IMG/VR virus record: IMGVR_UViG_3300022752_003639
Location: 1 to 64,000 of that record
Origin: a virus
Reading direction: 5' to 3' (one strand)
Length of the DNA: 64,000 nucleotides
The position numbers and the translations under genes are program-made. The notes under the pieces were generated by a model. That model ran no database searches. It was not told the DNA's origin and was given only the letters and a program-made list of their open reading frames with translations. Below are positions 57,695-64,000 of this stretch, piece after piece. The stretch's first letter is position 1. Each line of letters begins with the position of its first letter.

Positions 57695-58057
57695 ATGAGT
57701 AACGAAATTTGGCAAGAATGGTATAATAAGAGTATTAATTCTACCGACGAAAGAATTAAATTTGCAGCCAACGAGCTTGTTAAACTAAAAATTAGTTTAA
57801 CAAACGGAGAAATTACTAACGATGAATTCTTTGATATTGCTACAGACTTAGGGGTTAACACATTAGGAGTATTACAAAATATACCAGGTATAGATGGTAG
57901 ACCTGAGTGCAATAAATTTTTTATACTTTATATAAGTGAAGCTATGGGTTGGGATTTAACTGATCCATTCGGTGAAGGCGATCTTCCTAAAAAAGTTGGG
58001 GAATATAAAGTATCTAGATTAAAAATCACCGGAGGAGTTCCAGGAGGAAATCAATGA
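57695..58057 (+). CDS. Helical protein, tandem paralogue 2
   Basis: AANELVKLKISLTNGEITNDEF. Confidence 0.65.
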   Translation: MSNEIWQEWYNKSINSTDERIKFAANELVKLKISLTNGEITNDEFFDIATDLGVNTLGVLQNIPGIDGRPECNKFFILYISEAMGWDLTDPFGEGDLPKKVGEYKVSRLKITGGVPGGNQ

Positions 58058-58311
58058 GCGTAGAACAACACCAACATAGTTTATACGAGTGTTTAGGTAC
58101 AGGTGATCCTATCATTATGAATGCTGCTCAACAGGCTAATGAGCTTACAGAAATGATGAAACGTGGTGAACTTTCAAAAGAAGAATATATGAGTCTAATG
58201 TCTGATATACAAAGACAGGCAAATATAGATAGTCATATGGATAGTTTTGATGCAAAACAAAAATTACATATAGCAATTACTGGTTTAATAAGTATTGCTT
58301 CTATGATATAA
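58054..58311 (+). CDS. Helical protein, tandem paralogue 3
   Basis: AAQQANELTEMMKRGELSKEEY. Confidence 0.7.
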   Translation: MSVEQHQHSLYECLGTGDPIIMNAAQQANELTEMMKRGELSKEEYMSLMSDIQRQANIDSHMDSFDAKQKLHIAITGLISIASMI

Positions 58312-58321
58312 CGGAGCAAAT

Positions 58322-58945
58322 ATGTCTGATTTTATTTTAACTAAAGAACAATTAGCACAACTACTTCCAGGAAATCCTTATATAGATCACTGGCATCATG
58401 CTATGGAACGTTGTTTACCAGATTATGATATAAACACCCCACAAAGAATAGCTATGTTTTTAGCTCAGTGTATTCACGAAAGTGGAGGATTTAAATTTTT
58501 GAAAGAAAATTTAAATTACAAAGCAGCGAGTCTTGTAAAAGTATGGCCTAGGTATTTCCCTACCATGGAGGTAGCTCAGCAGTATGCTAATAAACAAGAA
58601 ATGATAGCTAATAGAGCATATGGTGGTCGCATGGGCAATGGTCCTGAACATACAGGAGACGGTTGGAAATTTTGTGGAAGAGGGCTCATACAGTTGACAG
58701 GTCGTAATAATTATCAGGCATTTGCAGATAGTATAGAAACTGATATTGAAGAAATTCCTGCATACCTGCAAACATTCGAAGGTGCAGTTCAGTCAGCCTG
58801 CTGGTTTTGGGAATCTAATAAGTTAAATAACTTTGCAGATCAAGGAGATGTACTTAATGCGACTAAACGTATTAACGGAGGCACTATTGGCCTTGCAGAT
58901 CGTACAAAACACTATCAACACGCCTTACATATAATGGGAGCATAA
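58322..58945 (+). CDS. GH19 (chitinase/lysozyme-like) endolysin
   Basis: FLAQCIHESGGF, GRGLIQLTGRNNY, INGGTIGLADR. Confidence 0.92.
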   Translation: MSDFILTKEQLAQLLPGNPYIDHWHHAMERCLPDYDINTPQRIAMFLAQCIHESGGFKFLKENLNYKAASLVKVWPRYFPTMEVAQQYANKQEMIANRAYGGRMGNGPEHTGDGWKFCGRGLIQLTGRNNYQAFADSIETDIEEIPAYLQTFEGAVQSACWFWESNKLNNFADQGDVLNATKRINGGTIGLADRTKHYQHALHIMGA

Positions 58946-58946
58946 A

Positions 58947-59510
58947 ATGAGCGCAGTAGACACAATGTTAAGATTTTTTACCAAGGAAGCAAAGGATCCC
59001 AATGCTCCTAAACCACCTCCTGGTTCACGTTCTGAACGCGAAGCTAAGATTAAAGATAAGGCAGGTCTTGTCATTAATATCTTTGCCTTATTGTTAGCCG
59101 TAAACGCATGGTATGGTGGAAAATTAAGTTCAACTGTTTTAAACAATACAATAGCTGCAAATAATCAGTGGTCATGGTATCAGGCTAAAAACATTAGAGA
59201 GGTTCTTTATACAACTTCTGCAATGGACACTCGTATTCCTGAAAATAAAGCAAAATTTGAAGAAGAGGCCAAACGTATGCATCATGATAAAGAAGAAATC
59301 ATGGTAAAAGCCAAAGCACTCGAGGCTGAACGTGATGAAGCTAAGAAACGTAGCCCATGGATTGGGTATGCTTCAACAGCCTACCAACTTAGTATTGTAC
59401 TTTTATCTGCTAGTATTCTTGCTGTGAGTATGCCATTATTTTATGGTAGTTTTCTGGTAGCAGGAGCAGGATTGATATTAAGTTTAAATGGACTATACCT
59501 TTGGTTTTAA
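58947..59510 (+). CDS. DUF4337-like membrane protein
   Basis: ANNQWSWYQAKNIR; N- and C-terminal TMs; LQ/IVLLSASIL pattern. Confidence 0.7.
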   Translation: MSAVDTMLRFFTKEAKDPNAPKPPPGSRSEREAKIKDKAGLVINIFALLLAVNAWYGGKLSSTVLNNTIAANNQWSWYQAKNIREVLYTTSAMDTRIPENKAKFEEEAKRMHHDKEEIMVKAKALEAERDEAKKRSPWIGYASTAYQLSIVLLSASILAVSMPLFYGSFLVAGAGLILSLNGLYLWF

Positions 59511-59532
59511 ATAGAATAAACAAGGAGTGAAC

Positions 59533-60153
59533 ATGGGAACAGCAGATGACTACGCTAAAATGAGCGATAGTGAAAAGAAAAAAGAAGATTGGATGAATTC
59601 CAAATGGCGTCCTATGATGGGGTGGCTATATATGTTAGTATGTTTCGCAGACTTTGTAGCATTTCCTGTCATGTATGCAGTTATGACATCACTAATGTTC
59701 AAAGGACAACTGCCTCAAGGTTATCCAAGTCAATGGAACCCATTAACTTTACAAGGTGCAGGATTATTTCACCTTGCCATGGGTGCGGTTCTAGGATTAG
59801 CAGCATGGGGTCGTACACAGGAAAAATTAAACGGAGCAAATAATGGCGGCGCAGCACCTACACCAAGCAGTATGCCTACATCATTTGGCCAAGCACCGAC
59901 AGGGGGATTTGGATCCTCAGGAACAGGCTTTGGCGGAAGCGGCTTTGGAGGCGCACCTAGCCAGGGTTTTCAGCAGCCACCCGCAGGTAACACAGGCGCA
60001 GCAGCAGGTGGCTTCGGTAGTGCAGCGCCAGTTGCCGTAGCAGCAGGACTAGGAGCTGCGGCAGCTATGGCAGTTCCATTTACCAGTAATGAAGTATTAG
60101 TAGGACCCGGTGGAAAACCTATGCCTGTCCAACCACCGGAACCAGAAATTTAA
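59533..60153 (+). CDS. Holin-like membrane protein (3TM holin type) with Gly-rich tail
   Basis: WMNSKWRPMMGWLY...DF..FP...GAVLGLAAWGRTQEK. Confidence 0.65.
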   Translation: MGTADDYAKMSDSEKKKEDWMNSKWRPMMGWLYMLVCFADFVAFPVMYAVMTSLMFKGQLPQGYPSQWNPLTLQGAGLFHLAMGAVLGLAAWGRTQEKLNGANNGGAAPTPSSMPTSFGQAPTGGFGSSGTGFGGSGFGGAPSQGFQQPPAGNTGAAAGGFGSAAPVAVAAGLGAAAAMAVPFTSNEVLVGPGGKPMPVQPPEPEI

Positions 60154-60163
60154 GGAGCGAAAA

Positions 60164-60394
60164 ATGAAGTACCTAATAGCAATATTAGCCAGCCTAGCAA
60201 TAGCACATGGTGCCTATGCATCAGACGATCATGCAGGTAAAGGCGAGATGAAAAAAGTATGTCATCCAAAAAAGGATAAAGATGGAAACGAAGTGAAAGA
60301 TAAAAGTGGAAAAGTTGTAGAAGTTTGTAAAGAAGTTAAAGTTCGTAAAAAGCTTGAATCAACAGAAATTCCACCAGCCAAAGATAAAAAGTAA
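60164..60394 (+). CDS. Small secreted basic protein with two Cys
   Basis: AAGGAG SD; signal peptide; KKVC...EVCK. Confidence 0.7.
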   Translation: MKYLIAILASLAIAHGAYASDDHAGKGEMKKVCHPKKDKDGNEVKDKSGKVVEVCKEVKVRKKLESTEIPPAKDKK

Positions 60395-60401
60395 TAATTA
60401 G

Positions 60402-60430
60402 TTGACACTTAAATAAAGGTATAGTATAAT
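60402..60430 (+). promoter_or_regulatory. Sigma70 promoter for dnaJ-def-clpA
   Basis: TTGACA-17-TATAAT. Confidence 0.85.
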
Positions 60431-60446
60431 TTACTATACCTTTTTT
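60415..60446 (+). terminator. 12-bp inverted repeat with T run, overlapping the -10 box
   Basis: AAAGGTATAGTA-TAATT-TACTATACCTTT-TTT. Confidence 0.65.
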
Positions 60447-60461
60447 CTATTAATAACAATT

Positions 60462-61289
60462 ATGACAGACTTATATTCAACCCTAGGAGTAGATCGCTCA
60501 GCAGATCCTGAAACTATTAAGCGAGCCTATAGACAATTAGCTGCAAAACATCATCCTGACAGAGGAGGTGACAAAGGTAAATTTCAAGAAATACAAGCAG
60601 CATATGATGTATTAAGCGATCCACAAAAACGTGCGGAATACGATAATCCTCAACCTCAGGGATTTCATTTTGAATTTTCAAACAATGTTCCCCCCGGATT
60701 TGAACAGTTTTTTACTAATCATCCATTCGGAGATATGTTCGGTGGTCCTTTTAGACGACAGGCTCCCGTTAGAAACAGAACAATAAATTTACAAACAGAA
60801 ATTACATTAGAAGATGCTTTTTTTAGTAAAGACCTTATTGCGAATATTCAATTACCAAGCGGCAGAAATCAAACCGTAGAAGTTAAAATTCCCAAAGGTG
60901 TTAGAACTGGTACTGTGTTACGTTTGGCTAACATGGGTGACGACTCTATACAAGGAATACCTAAAGGTGATATACATTTAACAGTGATTATTAAAAATCA
61001 TAACACTTTTAGAAGAGAAGAAGATGATTTATACTACGATTTGAAATTAAACTGCATAGATGCTATATTAGGTAAAACTAAAGATATAGATTGTATAGAT
61101 GGAAAAACAATAGAAGTAGCTATCCCTCCAGGAACACAACATGGCCAATTATTAAGTATTCCTAATCAAGGAATGCCGAATATGAGTAACTCTAACATGA
61201 GGGGCAGGCTTCTGATTAATGTTCAAATTACCATACCTACATATGTTACAGATCAACAAAAATCTTTATTAAAACAAGCCTTTAAATAA
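60462..61289 (+). CDS. dnaJ: DnaJ class II (CbpA-like, no Zn finger)
   Basis: J domain with HPD; G/F region; C-terminal peptide-binding domain. Confidence 0.9.
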   Translation: MTDLYSTLGVDRSADPETIKRAYRQLAAKHHPDRGGDKGKFQEIQAAYDVLSDPQKRAEYDNPQPQGFHFEFSNNVPPGFEQFFTNHPFGDMFGGPFRRQAPVRNRTINLQTEITLEDAFFSKDLIANIQLPSGRNQTVEVKIPKGVRTGTVLRLANMGDDSIQGIPKGDIHLTVIIKNHNTFRREEDDLYYDLKLNCIDAILGKTKDIDCIDGKTIEVAIPPGTQHGQLLSIPNQGMPNMSNSNMRGRLLINVQITIPTYVTDQQKSLLKQAFK

Positions 61290-61292
61290 TCT

Positions 61293-61781
61293 ATGTACAA
61301 AATTTTATCTTTCCCGCATCCTATTCTGTCTGAAAAAATGCCGGAATTCGATTTTGCTAATCCTATAGTAGATCCTATAGAGTTAGAAAAGAATTTAATA
61401 TCAACTATGATTACAAACAAGGGTATAGGATTATCAGCTAATCAGGTTGGGATAAAAGCCAGAGTGTTCGTCATGGGTGATTATGCTATACAGGGTGATT
61501 CCCAGGCATATTTTAATCCAAAAATTATAGATTTTGAAGAAGAAATAGAGGATTTACCTGAAGGATGCTTGAGTTTTCCGAATATTTTTGTTAAAATAAA
61601 ACGTAGTAAGTTTGTACATTGCTCTTGGCAAGATAGTAAAGGAGAATTTCAAGTAGGTACATTTACTGACTTAGGTAGTAAATGCTTTCAACACGAACTC
61701 GATCATTTAGATGGGATTGTGTTTAAAGATCGTGTGAGTCGCCTTAAATGGGACCTAGCATTAAAAAAGAAAAGGAAATAA
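61293..61781 (+). CDS. def: Peptide deformylase
   Basis: GIGLSANQVG, EGCLS, HELDH. Confidence 0.95.
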   Translation: MYKILSFPHPILSEKMPEFDFANPIVDPIELEKNLISTMITNKGIGLSANQVGIKARVFVMGDYAIQGDSQAYFNPKIIDFEEEIEDLPEGCLSFPNIFVKIKRSKFVHCSWQDSKGEFQVGTFTDLGSKCFQHELDHLDGIVFKDRVSRLKWDLALKKKRK

Positions 61782-61783
61782 AA

Positions 61784-64000
61784 ATGATTTCACCAAATAA
61801 AGAACTTGAAGGAGTTTTTGAACAGGCAGTAATAAAAGCTATGAAAATGCATCATGAGTATATCACTTTAGAGCATTTTTTACATTGTTTAATTAATAGT
61901 CAAGAACTTAACAAAATTTTAACTGACTTTGGGGCAGACCTAACTAGTTTAAATAGCGATTTAGATAGATATTTAGAAGAAGAACTATCTAATATTGTCA
62001 ATCTCGAGATACAAAAACCTAGGAAAACTCAAACATTTGACAGAGTATTAAACAAAACATTTACTACAGTTCTTTTTGGCGGAAAAACTGTCATCGAACC
62101 AATAGATTGTTTACTTGCAATATTTACAGAAAAGAAAAGTTATGCTCATTATTTTCTTAAACGAGCAAAAATAGATAAAGATAAATTGATTAACTTTTTA
62201 CAAAAAGAAAATATAAAAGAAGTGGTAGAGGATGAAACAGGTGAAACAAGATTACATCCACACTTAGAAAAACTTCTAAATCAGTTTTGCGTAAATTTGA
62301 CATTAAAAGCTAAAAATAAAAAAATAGATCCTGTTATAGGAAGAGAAAAAGAAATTGAAGAAGTTCAATTAGTGTTGGCAAGACGTAATAAAAGTAACGT
62401 AATTTTAATAGGAGACCCAGGAGTAGGAAAAACTGCTATAGCAGAAGGACTTGCTAAAAATATTGTAGAAGATAATGTTCCCTCTTTTATTAAAGAACAC
62501 AGTGTCTACAGTTTAGATATTAGTTCACTACTTGCCGGTTCAAAATATAGAGGTGATTTTGAAGAAAGATTAAAAACTGTTTTAACTGCCTTAGAAAGAA
62601 AGAAAAATTGTATATTGTTCATAGATGAAGCTCATATGATGAATGGTGCAGGCGCAGCCAGCGGCAACAGCAATGATATGGCTAATATGTTAAAGCCAAT
62701 ACTAACAAAAGGAACTATTAAAGTAGTTGCTAGTACTACATGGGAAGAATTTCGTAAACATTTTGAAAAAGATCGTGCATTGATGAGACGTTTTCAACGT
62801 GTAGTAATTGATGAGCCTAGTGAGGATACTTGTATAAAAATTCTTAAAGGTGTAAAAAAATATTACGAAAAACATCACGGTGTAAAAATTACTAATCAAG
62901 CATTGTTAGATGCAGTAAGTTATTCAGTCAAGTATATTCCTGATAAAAAATTGCCAGACAAAGCATTAGACCTTATTGACTGTGCTTGTGCTCGGTTTAA
63001 GGTAAAAGACGAAGAAAACGGTGTAGTAGACCATGAGGAAATTGTTTTTGAAGTTGCTAAGATAGCAAATCTTCCTATAGAACAGGTAGGTGCTAAAGAA
63101 TCAGTAAATCTTGAAAACTTGGACAAAACACTACGTCAAAAAATCTTTGGGCAAGAAAAGGCCATAGAAAGTTTAGTTGATAAAATCTATATTAGTCAAG
63201 CAGGTCTTAAAGCAGTTGATAAACCTATTGGTAGCTTTTTGTTTGTTGGGCCAACTGGAGTAGGTAAAACTGAAACAGCAAAGCAACTAGCCACTGGGCT
63301 AGGGATTAAACTAATAAGATTTGATATGAGTGAGTTTCAAGAAAAACATTCAGTGGCTAAATTTTTAGGCAGTCCGCCAGGATATGTTGGGTTTGAAGAA
63401 AATGCAGGTCAACTTATTACCAGTCTACAAGAAAATCCTAACTGCGTACTATTGCTCGACGAGGTAGAAAAGGCACATCCCGACGTACTTAGTATCTTAT
63501 TACAACTTATGGATAATGGATTTATAACAGGCAGCAATGGTAAAAAAGCAGATGGACGTAATGCTTTAATTATTATGACTTCAAACTTAGGTGCTGCAGA
63601 TGCTGAACGCAATTCTGTAGGGTTTGGTAGTCTAGAAAGAGACGGCGACCCTAAAGATGCTGTGAACAGATTTTTTGCGCCTGAATTTAGAAACCGTTTA
63701 GATGGTATGGTAAAATTTGGAAAACTTGATAAAATTACCATGGTAAAAATTGTAAACAAATTTATAGATGATCTAAATGTATTAATTAAAGAAAAAAATA
63801 TTCATGTTAGACCTAATTTAGCTGCGACTGATTTCTTAATCGCCAAAGGGTTTAATTCAAAAATGGGAGCTAGACCTTTGTCACGAGCTATTGACGAACA
63901 TATCAAGAAACCCCTTAGTAAAGAAATTCTTTTCGGAAAACTTAATAACGGCGGGCTTGTAGAATTAGATATTATAGATGATAAAATTGTATTCAATATA
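61784..64000 (+). CDS. clpA: ClpA AAA+ unfoldase, runs off right edge; not in ORF track
   Basis: HEYITLEH N-domain, GDPGVGKT, GSKYRGDFEER, IDEAH, LPDKA, GPTGVGKT, LDEVEKAHP, GARPL; no ClpB middle domain. Confidence 0.93.
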   Translation, partial: MISPNKELEGVFEQAVIKAMKMHHEYITLEHFLHCLINSQELNKILTDFGADLTSLNSDLDRYLEEELSNIVNLEIQKPRKTQTFDRVLNKTFTTVLFGGKTVIEPIDCLLAIFTEKKSYAHYFLKRAKIDKDKLINFLQKENIKEVVEDETGETRLHPHLEKLLNQFCVNLTLKAKNKKIDPVIGREKEIEEVQLVLARRNKSNVILIGDPGVGKTAIAEGLAKNIVEDNVPSFIKEHSVYSLDISSLLAGSKYRGDFEERLKTVLTALERKKNCILFIDEAHMMNGAGAASGNSNDMANMLKPILTKGTIKVVASTTWEEFRKHFEKDRALMRRFQRVVIDEPSEDTCIKILKGVKKYYEKHHGVKITNQALLDAVSYSVKYIPDKKLPDKALDLIDCACARFKVKDEENGVVDHEEIVFEVAKIANLPIEQVGAKESVNLENLDKTLRQKIFGQEKAIESLVDKIYISQAGLKAVDKPIGSFLFVGPTGVGKTETAKQLATGLGIKLIRFDMSEFQEKHSVAKFLGSPPGYVGFEENAGQLITSLQENPNCVLLLDEVEKAHPDVLSILLQLMDNGFITGSNGKKADGRNALIIMTSNLGAADAERNSVGFGSLERDGDPKDAVNRFFAPEFRNRLDGMVKFGKLDKITMVKIVNKFIDDLNVLIKEKNIHVRPNLAATDFLIAKGFNSKMGARPLSRAIDEHIKKPLSKEILFGKLNNGGLVELDIIDDKIVFNI

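Noticed and set aside
62702-63996. Four minus-strand ORFs at the right end
   Set aside because: Antisense shadows of clpA, which the track missed because it lacks a stop in the window

Overview
AT-rich, densely coding 64 kb segment that reads as part of a large tailed dsDNA phage (T4-like/jumbo type) in standard code 11. This is inferred from a collagen/S74-chaperone tail fibre, a GH19 endolysin with spanin/holin-like neighbours, an RFC/gp44-like clamp loader, PhoH, tRNAs and runs of tiny ORFs; no capsid or terminase gene lies in the window. Bug/TctC, PsiE, DadA, ArnA-like and ClpA homologues point to a proteobacterial, probably aquatic betaproteobacterial, host (inference). Layout: (1) 1-11.3 kb, a cluster of five membrane fatty-acid desaturases with FabF, two Fe/2OG-type oxygenases, GNAT-like proteins, a PP-loop ATPase, a radical SAM enzyme and a Bug binding protein; (2) three tRNAs, one a very atypical long-arm UAU tRNA; (3) 11.6-23.2 kb, nucleotide-sugar, C-methyltransferase and glycosyltransferase genes plus folE; (4) 23-37 kb, small accessory ORFs with a paralogue family, YccA and an S8 protease; (5) clpP, queD with a preQ1-riboswitch-like leader, dadA, UDP-GlcA decarboxylase, a sedoheptulose-7-P cyclase trio and uvsE; (6) tail fibre, a DnaE fragment, groES, clamp loader and phoH; (7) a lysis cassette, dnaJ, def and a truncated clpA. 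All assignments come from motif recognition by eye; no searches were run.
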